From Eledone cirrhosa (Eukaryota), in the NCBI GenBank assembly GCA_964016885.1, contig OZ024741.1, positions 270,444,001 through 270,508,000 on the forward strand: a stretch of DNA of 64,000 nt. Direction: 5' to 3'. Position numbers and translations under genes: made by a program. Positions 25,570 through 39,754 of the stretch are shown piece by piece. Within the stretch, counting starts at the first letter, position 1. Each line of letters opens with the position of its first letter. The notes beneath the pieces are model-generated. The model saw only the letters and a list, made by a program, of their open reading frames with translations. It was not told the DNA's origin and made no database searches.

Positions 25570-26195
25570 ATTAGAAATAAGAGGGATCAGATGCTGTTTA
25601 CTCGAGAGAAGACATGTTGGTACGGTCACGTGATGCGCATGAAAGACGACAGATGTATAAAAAAGTGCAGGGCAATAAAAATAGACGGTAGCCACGGAGT
25701 AGGCAGACCCAGAAAAACCTGGGATGACCTGATAAATTCCGACCTCACACACACCTCTCCAAGACAATGTCACTGGACCGAGATCTTTGGCGCTACACAG
25801 TAATACAGAAGACCCGCCTTACCTAAGTATAAAGTGAAACCTACTACAGTCAGTAGGCACCTCTAACAAAAATTCACACCCGTCCCACTACCCCACCCCT
25901 TTCAATGTAAAGTTATGTTGGTACCACAACATCCAGTCCGAAACAAATGACGTCGTGTAGGTGTCACAACGAAAAAAACACACAGTCCACGCTGTAATGT
26001 GGCCGTGTAGGTAACATGGTAAAAACCTCCACGTCCACACTGTAAACGTGGTTGGTGTTAGGAAGGGCATCCAGCCATAGAAAACCCGCCAGACAGTCCT
26101 ATGCGAGTAAGACAACCACTCTTGCCTCAAGTGGGAAAATTTCCGTCCAAACCCATGCAAGCGTGGAAGATGGACGTTAAACGATGATGATGATA
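25570..26195 (+). mobile_element. RTE LINE 3' end
   Basis: WYGHVMRMKDD...GRPRKTW followed by 3' UTR and GACGTTAAAC(GAT)n tail. Confidence 0.9.
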
Positions 26196-26354
26196 TATAT
26201 AAATATATACACACACACGCATATATATTTATATAAATATATAGATACAAATATATATACACACACACATATATATATATAAATATATAGATACAAATAT
26301 ATATATACACACACACACACGTATATATATAAATATATAGATACAAATATATAT

Positions 26355-26399
<45 letters not shown>

Positions 26400-26702
26400 G
26401 GTGAATTTTATTGCAGTACAATAAAGCAATGCAAATATCGGATAAGAAGCACTCTACAGTTTGTAGGACTGGAGTATAAATAATATATAAGATCAAAAGA
26501 TGGTTAAAAGAGTTCCATGTATTTTATTATGCGCATTTCAAAAACAAATATCATCATGCAATAACATTTGCGTTTTCGACAGATAAAATAGGGAGACATG
26601 ATATGAAGGTTAAAACACACTTGTGAATAGTGCAGTTTTAATATGTTGATTTAAAACTGCACTATTCACAAGTGTGTTTTTAACCTTCATATCATGTCTC
26701 CC

Positions 26703-26773
26703 TATTTTATCTGACGAAAACGCAAATGTTATTGCATGATGATATTTGTTTTTGAAATGCGCATAATAAAATA
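26703..26773 (+). ncRNA. Type-I hammerhead ribozyme motif
   Basis: TATTTTAT-CTGACGA-stem II (CAAATGTTAT/ATGATATTTG)-GAAA-TGCGCA-TA-ATAAAATA. Confidence 0.7.
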
Positions 26774-26941
26774 CATGGAACTCTTTTAACCATCTTTTGA
26801 TCTTATATATATATATATATATATAACCAAAGATTAGTATGGTTCGTTGATTACTCAATGAATACAAGTTTACAATAGATTAGAAGCACTCAACTGCCAA
26901 TACTGGAATCAAGACCGTAGCGGTATGTCATATATCAAAGC

Positions 26942-27013
26942 ATATATTTTGTCTGATGAGGACGTACTGAAAAAACAACACAGTACCTTTGAAATATATA
27001 TAATAAAGTATAT
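26942..27013 (+). ncRNA. Type-I hammerhead ribozyme motif
   Basis: ATATATTTTGT-CTGATGA-stem II (GTACTG/CAGTAC)-GAAA-TATATA-TA-ATAAAGTATAT; 11-bp stem I including GU pairs. Confidence 0.7.
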
Positions 27014-27649
27014 ATTTTGATTATTAGAATATTTTTCATTTGTTAATATTTTGAATAATATACAAATATATATATATATATATACACACACACAATTTTT
27101 TTTTTCAGTTAGTGGCGAAAATTAATTTTATTTCAAAATACTCAAATATATTCCTAGGATAAAAATTACATAAAAATAAAAAAAATTTATATTTAATCAA
27201 ACATTGGAAAGGACTATAAATGCTATAGATGAGAGGAGGGAAGGGTGGGGGTGTCACAGGTGGACTGTCAGATGTAAAGCAGGTTTGTTGCAGGTGGATA
27301 GTAATGTGAACCAGGAAGTAAGGTGACAGCGGACGGAAACCAGACACTGTCCGATGTAATGCTATGATGTCTTGGACATTGACAGCTGTTACTTCTCAGG
27401 AATTTACAGCTCGTGAAATTAATTTGCCTGAACTCTATCTCTCTCTCCCGCACACACCTGTTTGAAATAAACATTTAACCTGTTTGCCAGTTATAATACG
27501 AGAGTTCCTTTTGTTGTTTAAAACCCCAGTGACAATACACTCAAGACCATATTATTTAACATGTCCTTCCTTCCAATACAATAAGGTGTTACTATTTTAA
27601 GGGAGATCACTTCAGGGTCAATGTTTTTTTTTTGTTTTTTTTTAGGGCG

Positions 27650-28620
27650 TTGGGTTGGCAGTATCGGTAGAGGGTCGGACGCGATGCTTAGCAGCACAGA
27701 GTTACGGCTCTTTGCGGTCTGAGTTCAAATCCTGCCAAGGTTAACTTTGCCTTTGATTCTTTCGGGGTCGATAAAATAAAGCACCATAAGTCGATAAAAT
27801 GCACTGGGATAATTGCTGCCCTTGTGCCAAAAGTAGAAACAATTATTTTGAGGGAGACTAAGGGATGTGGATTAGTATTTATCTGTAAAGCGTCGGACAA
27901 GTTTAGCAACATAGAGTTACGGTCCTTTACGTTCTCAGTTTCTCGGTGCGAAACCTATGATCATTCGTGACCAAAGGGAGTCTTTAATGGAATTAGGATG
28001 GTGAATTGACAGACTTGTTAATGTATGAAATACCTTGTGGTATTTGTTTCCGCTCTTTACATTCTGAGTTTAAATCCCTCTAAAATCAAACATCAACATT
28101 CAACCTTCTGGTAGTGGGGAAAGAATTAAATAAACTTCCTACGAAATACTCAATCTGATGTAATCAACTGTTCCCTTCCCTGAAATTTCTGGCCTTCCGC
28201 CTTGTCTTACAAATCATTCGGTGAATTGGCAGTATCGGTAGAGGGTTGGACGCCATGTTTTCTAGCATAGTTACGTCGCTTTACAGTCTGAGTTCAAATC
28301 CCGCCGAGGTTAACTTTGCCTTTCATCCTTACGGGGTCGATAAAATAAAGTACCAGTAATGTACTGCAAATTGCTGGCCTTGTGCCTAAAGTAGAAACAA
28401 TTATTATTTGGATTGGCAGAATCGGTAGAGCATCGGACAATATGCAGTGGCATAGAGTTACAGCCCTTTACGTTCTGAGTTCAAATTCCGTTGAGGTTAG
28501 CTTTGCCTTTCATCCTTGCGAGGTCGATAAAATAAAGTACCAGTAACACACTGAGGTCGATTTAATCAACTCCCCCTTCAAATTGCTGGCCTTGTCCCTA
28601 AATCAGAAATCATTATTTTG
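27650..28620 (+). mobile_element. Cluster of Nin/Deu-like SINEs
   Basis: Same consensus as the 21.3-23 kb cluster, plus strand, 3-4 copies. Confidence 0.75.
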
Positions 28621-30749
28621 AGGGAGATTTGATTTATTTCTAGCTGGTTGAACGACTATGTAAGACAGTGACAAGGAAACTTCGCCCGCTAAACGAAGTT
28701 TCTAAAGTATAAAATAACTAGTTTAACACGTAAGACCAAAACTAATTTAATTAGAAGCTGCACACCTGTGATTCATTAGTTTTCTCAACGCAGTTTTCTA
28801 TGCTACTCCTAGTACTAAAAGGGTTCTCCACCTCTGGCGTATGGGCTTCCGTTAGCTCATTAACATGACTGCCGTTGCTATTTTAGCTCCCAGGTTAGCC
28901 TTTATTGAGCAGAGAGCTTCTATATATAAATTTGAGCGACTTCCGTCCGTCACACAACGTGTCTGTTTGTGAATATATGTGTGTGTAAAAGGAAGGAAGG
29001 GGATGATGAAAAAACTATAGCAAAACAGCGAGTGGTGTTCCATTTGCTACGCTATGTGTGAGTGTGTCTGTGTTTGCGTGTTTATAATTATATACTCATA
29101 CATTAATGTATACATATGCTCATATACACATGCGCGTCAGCATGTTGAAAAAAATCCTAGTTAATAGAAAAAAAACTTTACGTTTTCGTCACACCATCTA
29201 TTTTTTAAGAAATAGTGAATGTAGGAAAGATAATGTGTTATGGACTGGATCCCATTACGTGGGAGGATTTGCCTCTTGAAGCTTCGGCTGAAAAATAGGT
29301 CTGTGTGGGTGGTGCAAGTATATGCACCAAACAAGGAGTCCGAATACAGGTCCTTCCTTGATGAAGTCACTGTAGTTAAGACAAGAGTTATATATCCTGA
29401 TAGGAGACTTCAATGCACATGTTAGCACTGACCACCTCACAATGAAAGGAGTGATTGGAAGGAATGGAAAGAGAATCGAAAGATTTCCCTTATTTTCACC
29501 CCGGGAGACAACCTCTGTCCTCTTCAAAGAACGAGAAAAGTATTTTCGACAAAATGTTTTTCAGAAGTCTTTTTCAAAATATATTCAGAGCAATTTGTTT
29601 ATCCAATAACATAACGTGTTTTCAGTAATTCTCTAAACCAACAAGGAAAGCATTTGTATAGTATTTTTTTCACTTTTGTGTAACTTCACTAAACTAAAAT
29701 ATTCATTTAATTTTAATTATTTTACGATTTGACAATTTTAATTATTACGTATGATTTTTTTTTAAATGTTGTTGTTGTTGGTGGTGGGGTGGGTTATGTC
29801 CATGTTTATATTATAAACATGATGTTTCTGAATACAAATACGAAAGAAGGGTGAGTTATGTCTTAGTAAATATTATAAACACGGTGTTTCTGAACACAAA
29901 TCCTGTTGGGATTGATATTGTAGTTTTTATCGATCTGGGATCGATAAAAATACATATCAGTTCTGAACTTCATTTTCGCTTTTTGTCAATCTACAGCTAC
30001 GAGAGAGTGGGATGAGGGGTGACATGATTTCCACCAGTTATAAAGCTAACTTGCAATACAGCTATAGACTGTTATTTATTATTTCCATCAAAATAAATAC
30101 ACACCTGACAGTAAGATATATGAATTACTACAAAATGCGGGGCAGAATTTTTCCGTTTCAAATGTTTCTTAATTCAGTTTTCATTTTGGAGAAATTCCAT
30201 TTTTTGTTTTCACTTTTGATAAAATCCTTTTTTCCGTTTCTTTCGTTTATTTGTTTTTTGTACCTCATGATTACATTGCATGAGTACGAGAGGGGCGAGG
30301 GACAAATTACCGAGTTTGGGGAAAATATTGGTTTCTGATTTAGGCACAAGACCAGCAATTTTGGGGGGTGGGGGAGCCGATTAAACAGACGCCCGTGTGT
30401 TACTGGTGCTTTATTTTATCGACCCTGTAAAGATGAAAGGCAAAGTTAACCTCGGCGGGATGGTTGAACTCAAAACGCAAAGGGACGTAACTCTGTGCCA
30501 TAAAGCAAAGCATGTCCGACAGAAAAGTAGTTTGTGGGCCACGTGCTTAAGACTTCTGAGCTAAGTATCAAAGCTGAACTCGATGATCGCTTCGGTAGAA
30601 AGAAAGTTAATGTTTGAACAGAACTATAGGTGTGTGAGTATGTGAATATATATACATATATATGTACACACACTTTGATTCCTGTACAGGCAATATTTAT
30701 TAGAATGCTGTTTGGGGACACCCTGTATATGTGTGTGTATATATATATA

Positions 30750-31030
30750 TCATTTCATTTTACGTTCGTTTTTCCCTGCTTGCACGGGAACTGATTCTGG
30801 CTTGATTTCTACAGCTGGATGCCCTTCCTAACACCAACCTCATTTACAGTGAGTGCTGGGTGCTTTTTTGCCGTGGCACCTGCATGACCACTTTGCAGTG
30901 GAATAATAGGGACCCCAGTCCCTATCATCTCGTTTCTACAGCTGAGTAAACTGGAGCAATGTGAAATAAAGTGTCTTGCTCAAGGAAACAACATATCACT
31001 CGGTCTGAGAATTGAACTCACAACCTTTCG
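30750..31030 (-). mobile_element. tRNA-derived SINE, 5' truncated
   Basis: Reverse complement of the 25230 family. Confidence 0.8.
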
Positions 31031-32874
31031 ATGAAGAAATATATTAGTTTTACGCTTGATATAGTAGGGGGGAAAAGTCCTAACGTTTCGGATGCTAGTC
31101 TATCATCAGAAAATAGAAAGATAGATGAGAGTGGGCAGTGGCAGAAACTAAAAAAAAATTATTTGAGAAAAAATGTGAAGATATCGGCAACCTATAACTA
31201 TCACTAACCCCAAAGGTACGAGTCAGGATAGTGTGTGTGTCCCAGCCTACAAAATGAAGAGAGCGTTACCTCCAGAGGATAGAGAAGGAAACGCGAGCCA
31301 TTCAAACCCGCGGGTTTCACCCCTGCGAGTGGCTAACACTGTCCTAGTAGCAGTGAATAGGGGTGGTGGTACAGAGACCAAGAATGCCAGAAATCTCCAC
31401 CGCAACATGTTTCAACGGTTTATGTGTGTGTACTGGGATTTTAATTCAATGAACAGACTATTAAATGATGTAATGAGAACGAATTCTCTTCACTATAATT
31501 GTAACAAATAGAGAAGGTGGGTGTATAAAAGAGAATTTTTGTTGAAACCAAATTAGATTATTCATAAAATAACTTCTTTTAGCTTTGTTTATACAAAGAA
31601 ATTAGCCTAGAATTGTTTAGCGCCAGGTTAGTGCTGATTTAGCAGAAGTATGATCGAAGATGTTCTAAGCATGTCATTTTTTTCCAGACAGTATATCTAA
31701 GACTTGGCAGAGTCGTTAGAACGTCGGTTAGAATGCTTTGCTGTATTCGTTCCATCTCTCTGCTATCTGAGTTCAAATTCTGTTGAGGTCAACTTTGCCT
31801 TTCATCCATTCGAGGTCGATAAAAAAGTACCAGTCAAATACTGAAGTCGATTCTTTCTCATTTCCATTCTCTCACTTTCTCTCTATCCTTCTCTGGAAGA
31901 CATCTACTGTATTAAAAAATGTTTTTTAAAATGCCCTAGAAACGCCGTGTCAATACGGCGCCCCTACGACACCGCCAACATTTACGGGACCATGCATGCA
32001 TATCTAAGGGTACATTATCCAATGTCTCACCGCCCCTTTTTTTAATAAGTGGGTTTAGCCCAGGTTCAGCTGATTGACCAAATCTATGATGTGCCGTCTT
32101 TTTCGAGATATCTAAGACAATATTATCCAAAGAGTCCCTTTCCTTTAAGACAATGGAGAGTAATTTAAGGGATATATAGTTACTATTTCTAACAGACTGA
32201 GCGGCCACATAATGCTCTTCGACAGGCTTGTAATATAGTTGTTATTGTTTAGCCACAGGTCACCACAGATTGAAAAGACCTATGATCAAAAGCATTCCAG
32301 CCATGACGACTCCGTCTTTTTTCTCTCTCATGCAGTGGCACCCCTTCATGGTGTTTTGAGGGATATTTAACTGCTGTTTCTAAAAGTTTGATTAATTACA
32401 TAGAGGCTCCCACGTCGGTTTGTAGTGAGTAGTAAGCTAGTTGAGCGCCGGACAACCACTAAATAAATTCTGTTCATGTAGCACCATAAAAATAATAAGC
32501 TGGTCGCAATTTGTTTTCAAATCTAATAAACTAAAATACTGTGATTTGTCGATAAACTTCATGTGGATTCGAGATGTTCGGAAGAGCTGGGCCCTTGAAA
32601 ACAAGTTTTTTTTTTTTTTGTCATTGTTGGTGACTCGCTGTATCAGATGACGTCTTTGAGGGTGCTTGGCTATTCTAATGTCTTAGCTACGCTATCACAT
32701 GCAACAATGCCAACATTAGTTGGTATATTGTATAATGACTGTGCACACTTTTTTCTGATTTTCTTTTTACTCAATTTTCTCTTCTTAGTTGTTTTGCGAT
32801 TTGTTCATTTTGAAAATCCTAAAGATAATTTTACTAGAATTGATATGTACTTTTGTAAATTCTTAATATATATG

Positions 32875-33036
32875 CAGGTAAAATTCCGTTATAACGAATA
32901 CTATTATAATGATTTTTTTTTCAATTCCAGAGGTAATAAACAAACGCTCGATTTGTTTCGGTCGATCTCGTTATAAAGAATTTTTCGTTACAACGAATTT
33001 ATACCCTGTGAATTTCGTTATAACGGAATTTCACTG
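32875..33036. mobile_element. Tigger-like MITE
   Basis: CAGGTAAAATTCCGTTATAACGAA ... TTCGTTATAACGGAATTTCACTG-TA. Confidence 0.7.
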
Positions 33037-33096
33037 TATAATAAACACTCTCTCTCTCATATATAAAACAACACTAAATATATACAATAACTCTCT

Positions 33097-33144
<48 letters not shown>

Positions 33145-33164
33145 AGAGAGAGAGAGTGTGTGTT

Positions 33165-33199
<35 letters not shown>

Positions 33200-33435
33200 A
33201 AACTCTCAACATATAATAAACAACGACCAAGTTAGGTTGAAGTCGAATTATGTATAGAAATAGTTTAAAGTTTGTATATTTATACTTATGTCAGACCAAT
33301 ATTCGGTACGATAGCACACCAGAGTGGAAACAACCACAAAGCATTGATATTTGTATTTTGTGTGTGTATATATATACCCCGTCTAACCCATGCTTGCGTG
33401 GAAGATAGACGTTAAACGATGATGATGAAAGCTTG

Positions 33436-33569
33436 CATGCCTTAATTTCAACTCTTCTTATAATAATTACATTGTTTCTTTCCATTGACTATGTTGAATA
33501 ATAAACCTCATTTGGTCATTCCATGAGAGTATCTTGGTCAGTCTATGAATTTTTCTGCCGACCCTCATA

Positions 33570-33628
<59 letters not shown>

Positions 33629-33750
33629 ATGTGTGTGTGTGTAGACTGACCAAGATACTCTCATGAAATGACCAAATGAGGTTTATTATTCAAGATAGTC
33701 CATGGAAAGAAACAATGTAATTATTAATAAGAGTTGAAATTAAGGCATAT
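33436..33750. repeat. ~110-bp inverted repeat (mariner-terminus-like) around a (TG)/(TA) microsatellite
   Basis: 33436-33546 is the reverse complement of 33642-33750; the left arm continues into a GAGGGTCGGCAGAAAAATTCATAG mariner-like end on the minus strand. Confidence 0.75.
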
Positions 33751-33938
33751 ATATGTATGTATGTGTCACATTCAAACGAGGGTAACCACAGTTAGTAAGG
33801 TACTCAATACATTAGTATAGTGTAAAGCATCAAGTTTAATATAGAATTGGCTTCTACAAGACTAGAGTTGTTTCATTCAAAAGCTGTTGAATGAAACAGT
33901 TCTAGTCCTGTAGAAGCCATTACTATATTAAACTTGAT

Positions 33939-34008
<70 letters not shown>

Positions 34009-34298
34009 CCCATGTGTTGAAGAAAAAATAAACAGGAAACACGGAGACAAATAATTTGGATTACAACACGTTGGATTAAATGGCAGTTGATACATATTTA
34101 GTAAAGAAAGTTAAGGGTGGCCTGGCAAGAATTTCCCGCTTGTCGAATAGCCAACAGGTCACCGAGGTGTGACTAAGCAATACTAAGAATTACCTGTGTG
34201 TTCGTATGCACCTATCATGTAAGACTACCTTTTATAAACTATATATATAAAAGAGTTAAACAAGATTCAATGAGTATATCAAAGAATGAGTGTTACAG

Positions 34299-34344
34299 TA
34301 TATTTTATCTGATGAGGACGTATCCGGAATATGAATAAAATGTA
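34299..34344 (+). ncRNA. Degenerate minimal hammerhead motif
   Basis: TATATTTTAT-CTGATGA-GGAcgtaTCC-GGAA (GAAA mutated)...ATAAAATGTA. Confidence 0.45.
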
Positions 34345-35532
34345 ATTGATCGAAAGAACATCTATTTTATTAATATTTGTATTTTAATATATATATAAAG
34401 TAACATTTCTATAACCTCTGTTTTGTATAGAACCTTACCCCTTTCAAATATATAAGTCAAAGGTTCAATCGGGGATAACCACAGTAAGTAAGGTACTCAA
34501 TATATGTCTGTCTTCGACAGAGAAAAATGAAGAAAACATTATCAAATAGGCGAGTTTGTTATTCTTAAATCAGTATTGTTTATATATATATATGTGTGTG
34601 TGTGTATGTATAGTATCTACATAAACAATATATATGTATATAATAATATCTATATAAACAATATATATGTATGTAATAATATCTATATAAACAACGTATA
34701 TGTATATAATAATATATATATATAAACAATATGAACACAGTATGCGTTTGTAAATAATTGAAAAAGGAAAATAACTTAACTCGGTGACAATATGTCGTTT
34801 TTTTCCTTAAGAGCTGAATTTGAGATTGTAGTCATTACAAAGTGAAAGTAAGAAGAAAACAGGTTTGAAATCTTCCATGTTTTATATTAGCGTAAATATA
34901 ATCTTTGTTGTTTTAAAAATATCCCATATGTACAAACTATATACAATTACAAATATTTTAAAAATACGTAAAACAACAACAGCAACATCTGAACATTTAT
35001 GAAATGAAACCAAGTGAAATAATATATTGAATACAAATCTAAATATCAAAAATATCTGTAATAGAGTGAAATGATCAAATTGAACAACACAACAATACAT
35101 GAGCTTTTAGAAAACACACACACACACAGGCTTTCCCATTTATATCTCTCGGATAAATATAACAACAAACTTACTTGTCTGATGGGGAAACCTCGCTGCA
35201 CACGACAAAGAATAAGAGGAAAGCACCAAGTAGATAACATCGATCCAATATATACAACAGAGTTCTAGATACACGTGAGGACACTGCAGCCATTTTGCCG
35301 CACTGTTTTGGATTTTAATATAAAAAACCTTCACTGGTTCTGACCGCCGAAACGAAATATTTGCATGACCTTAAACTTGATGTTTGCGTTTCCTATTCAC
35401 TTTCTGTTATTACGAAAGTGTAAACTACAGCTACACGATCTAATGTAATTTATACACATGAGATATACAACTTGTTTACGTATGTGTTTGTGTGTATATG
35501 TACATGAATATAGTTATGTATGTGTGTGTGTG

Positions 35533-35576
<44 letters not shown>

Positions 35577-35862
35577 CACATATATATAGATAGATAGATA
35601 TGTTTCTTTATATATATAGATAGATAAACAGATTTTGGAGTTATCAGTTAGACTAGTAGAATTATATTCAACTAAGTACTCGATATTTGGGAAAGCAGAG
35701 TGTTGGTATAATGTACGTATATATATATATATATATATATATAACGAAGGAAATGTGGTAAGGAACCAGGTGGACCATAACGCACCAAAGTACTCAATAC
35801 TTAGGGTAGTAGAGTGGGTAATAGGAAACGGCTTGAGCTCAGCCGTCGGGGTCCTACTCGTT

Positions 35863-35901
<39 letters not shown>

Positions 35902-36456
35902 TATATATTATATAAAATTAAATATTGTTTCTACTTTTGGCACAAGGCCAGCAATCACTCAGTATTACCGGTTCTTTATTTTATCAACCCCGTAAGGATG
36001 AAAGGCAAAGTTAATCTCGGCGTCCGACCTATGGGTAATATTATCCAATTATAAGTATAATACAGAGCCTAAATACTTTATATATATATACATTTATAAA
36101 TACATTTATAAACAAACATAGACACACAATATAGAGAGGGGGGTGGAGTGATAAATGTAAAATCCCGATATATAGAGAGAGAGTGAGGGGAGAGAAAGGG
36201 AAAGTAAGCGATGTAAAATCCCGAAATATATAGAGAAAGGGAAAGTGAGAGATGTAAAACTCCGTATATTAACGATGTCTATCGAATTGTTGAGGTTACC
36301 TATTCTAACACCTTTATGTGGGGTGGGTTCCGTGACATTAGAGCTCATAACAAGGAAAGGGAAATATCTGGTCATATATTCTTGTGAATCATTGGGAATG
36401 ACGGTGGAAGTAGAAATTGTTTGCTTCAACTTTTAATATGTGCTAACATATATATA

Positions 36457-37650
36457 CTAGCTAAATTACCCGGCGTTGCCCGGGTTACTGCCGTTCTTAT
36501 TCAGATTAGTAAACAATATATATGAAGATATGTTGTTTTTTTCTCATAATTATTTCAAAATGTCTAAATTTTATTTTTTTAAATATCAAAATTGTAATGA
36601 TAATAGAATTTAGAAATGAAAATCTTTCAATCTTGAAGCACCTTAGGGTAAACAATATTCATTGTGTCATTTTTTTGTTGGTGTCCAAATGAATAAATTG
36701 TTGCTACACACTCACGCATACACTCTTACATGCATATACTAAGACAGACACACACAGTTATACATTCATGCAAACACACATAGCTTTTCTCCTCATTTTT
36801 TTTTGAACGCACAAACACACACACATTCAGAGACACATACATATTCATATACAAAATGTGACGTTGTTATGTTGTTTTAATCCAAATGAAAATGAAAATT
36901 ATCACTCATACACTCACACACACACATACACTCACACACACATACACTCTCACATACACTCACACACATATACCCTCTCATATACATATACTAAGACAGA
37001 CACATAGACATACATTCACACACACCTGTCTGTCATCACATATGTATTTGTATGCGTAGATGGAGGCACATTTGTATGCATGATGGGGGCACATGGCTTA
37101 GTGGTTAGAGCATTGGCCTTGCAATCGAAAGGTTGTGAGTTCAATTGTCAGACCGGGTGATGTGTTGTTACCTTGAGCAAGACACTTTATTTCACATTGC
37201 TCCAGTTTACTCAGCTGTAGAAATGAGATGATAGGGACAGGGGTCCCTATCATTCCACTGCAAAGTGGTCGTGGAGGTGCCACGGCAAAAAAGCACCCAG
37301 CACTCACTGTAAATGAGGTTGGTGTTAGGAAGGGCATCCAGCTGTAGAAATCAAGCCAGAATCAGTTCCCGTCCCACCCTAGCAAGCATGGAAAAGCGGA
37401 CGTAAAATGATGATGATGATGATGATGATGATAATAGTAAAAAAGAATAAAACCAGTAGAAAGTAGAAAATGCTAAAGGGATTTTCTCTTGGAATAACAG
37501 CAAAACATTTATTTACAAAACAGGAATTTCCGCATTATTTGTACTGGTTTCAGCTTATAGGCTTCTTCATGTGACAGAAGTGTATAATGCAATTAAATTG
37601 CATATTAGAAACAATATGGGGAAAAAAATATTTTACATATATATATAAGA
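36457..37650 (-). mobile_element. Non-autonomous Helitron-like element containing a nested SINE
   Basis: 3' hairpin CCCGGGCAACGCCGGG plus CTAG-T at 36457; possible TC 5' end near 37650. Confidence 0.55.
37085..37432 (+). mobile_element. tRNA-derived SINE
   Basis: Copy of the 25230 family with (GAT)n tail. Confidence 0.85.
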
Positions 37651-39255
37651 CAATGTCACTGGATTGAGATCTTTGGCGGCACGCAGTATTACAGAAGACC
37701 CGCCTTCCCTACGTGCAAAGTTAACCTTCAGTCAGTAGGCCCCCTCCAAACCAAACACACCCCAACCCACTACCCCATTCCATCCTCCCACTCTCTATAA
37801 AGTTATGTTGGTACCACAACATCCAGTTCAAATAAATGAGATAATGAGATCGAGATCGTGTAGGTGTCACGACAAAAAAACACACAGTCCACGCTGTAAT
37901 GTGGCCATGTAGGTAACATGGTAAACAGTTCCCAGTCCACACTGTAAATGTGGTTGGTGTTAGGAAGGGCATCCAGCCGTAGAAAACCTGCCAGATAGTC
38001 CTGTACGAGAGACGGTCACCGAACCAATCTTGCCTCAAGTGGGACAACTCCCATCTAACCCATGCTAGCGTGGAAGATAGACGTTAAACGATGATGATGA
38101 TATATAGAGAGAAAAGTTTACATTTTTGTCTGTCGTTTTCTGTCTTTCTCTCTTGGTGTTGACCTTACCTGTGTCACCATTAATAGTGTGACACACTTTG
38201 TTTTTGCTGAAGCTAGGTATGTGACTATAGTCACTACCTTAAATTCATAGCAAAAGGCCTTCAAAATGTTTTAAAATAAACATACAGTATAATATTAAAT
38301 ATACAGTGTTCTGAAAGTACAGTAGCCAGAGTCAGAATGGAATGAAAAAAGTTCAGAGAACTTATACTGCTGTTGGCCACAAAAAGTTTCTCTCTAAAAA
38401 TGAAAGGCAGATTGTATGATGCCTGTATACGAACAGCAATGCTACATGGCAGTGAGACATGGGCATTACATGCAGAGGACCTGCGCAGACTGGAAAGGAA
38501 CAAAGCATACATGCTCTGTTGCATGGGCAATAGTAATATACGTGAACGGCAAAGCATAAATGAACTAAGTGAGAAATTAGGAATAAGAGGGATCAGATGC
38601 TGTTTACTCGAGAGAAGACTACGTTGGTACGGTCACGTGATGCGCATGAAAGACAACAGCTGTATCAAAAAGTGCAGGGCGATCTAAATTGATGGTAGCC
38701 ATGGAGTAGGCAGACCCAGAAAAACCTGGAACGATCTGATAAATTCCGACCTTACACACTTGCACCTCTCCAAGACAATGTCACTGGACCGAGATCTTTG
38801 GCGCTACGCAGTAATACAGAAGACCCGCCTTGCCTATGTACAAAGCGAAACCTACAGTCAGTAGGCACCTCTTAACCAAATATACACCCCAATCCACTAC
38901 CCCTACCCTATCCTCCCACTCCCACCAACACCACCCTCTCTCTGTAAAGTTGGTACCACAACATCCAGTCCAAATAAATGAGATTGAGATCGTGTAGGTG
39001 TCACAACAAAAAAACACAATCCATGCTGTAATGTGACCATGTAGGTAACATGGTAAAAAGTTCCCAGTTCCACACTGTAAATGTGGTTGGTGTTAGGAAC
39101 GGCATCCAGCCGTAGAAAACCTGCCAGATAGTCCTATATGAGTGAGACACGGTCACCCGACCAACCTTGACTCAAATTGGGACAACTCCCGTCTAACCCA
39201 TGCTAGCGTGGAAGATGGATGTTAAACGAAGATGATGATGATGATGATGATGATA
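37648..39255 (+). mobile_element. Two RTE LINE 3' fragments (37648-38100 and 38305-39255)
   Basis: KGRLYDACIRTAMLHGSETW...WYGHVMRM; both end in (GAT)n tails. Confidence 0.9.
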
Positions 39256-39754
39256 CAATATGTACATTCATATATACATTGCTATTTCAGAGCTCCAACA
39301 CAGGAGGGCACTTTAACAACCTCTTTCTAAAACACTCTTTAAAAACCCAACACCTCCCAACTCCACTGACAATCAATTATCTTGCTCTTACCATTCACTA
39401 CTTTCTGTATATATATATAATTCCTCTAAATCTTCATCAACACTCCTTCACGCCCACACTCATTAACCCCCTCCAGACACACCTAAATCTCTCATATATA
39501 GAGTCACACATCACAACACAACCTGAGATCAGTTTGACAATCGCCACCGGCAAATGCAAGAAAGTTCTCCAGGAAAGTTAACCGGGAATCTTTAAAAAAT
39601 CTCCCCACCGAAGTTAATAAAGAACTTACTAGATCTATCAACCAAATTGTAAAATTATAATATTATAAAATTAAATGAAATTGTTTAGAACTACAAGTGA
39701 AGTTAATTCTTTTCCTTTTTTAAAATATATATATATATATATACTGTTGTCCAC

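Noticed and set aside
25888-26496. Long YI/CV-rich ORFs here and elsewhere
   Set aside because: Translations of (TA)n/(TG)n microsatellites.
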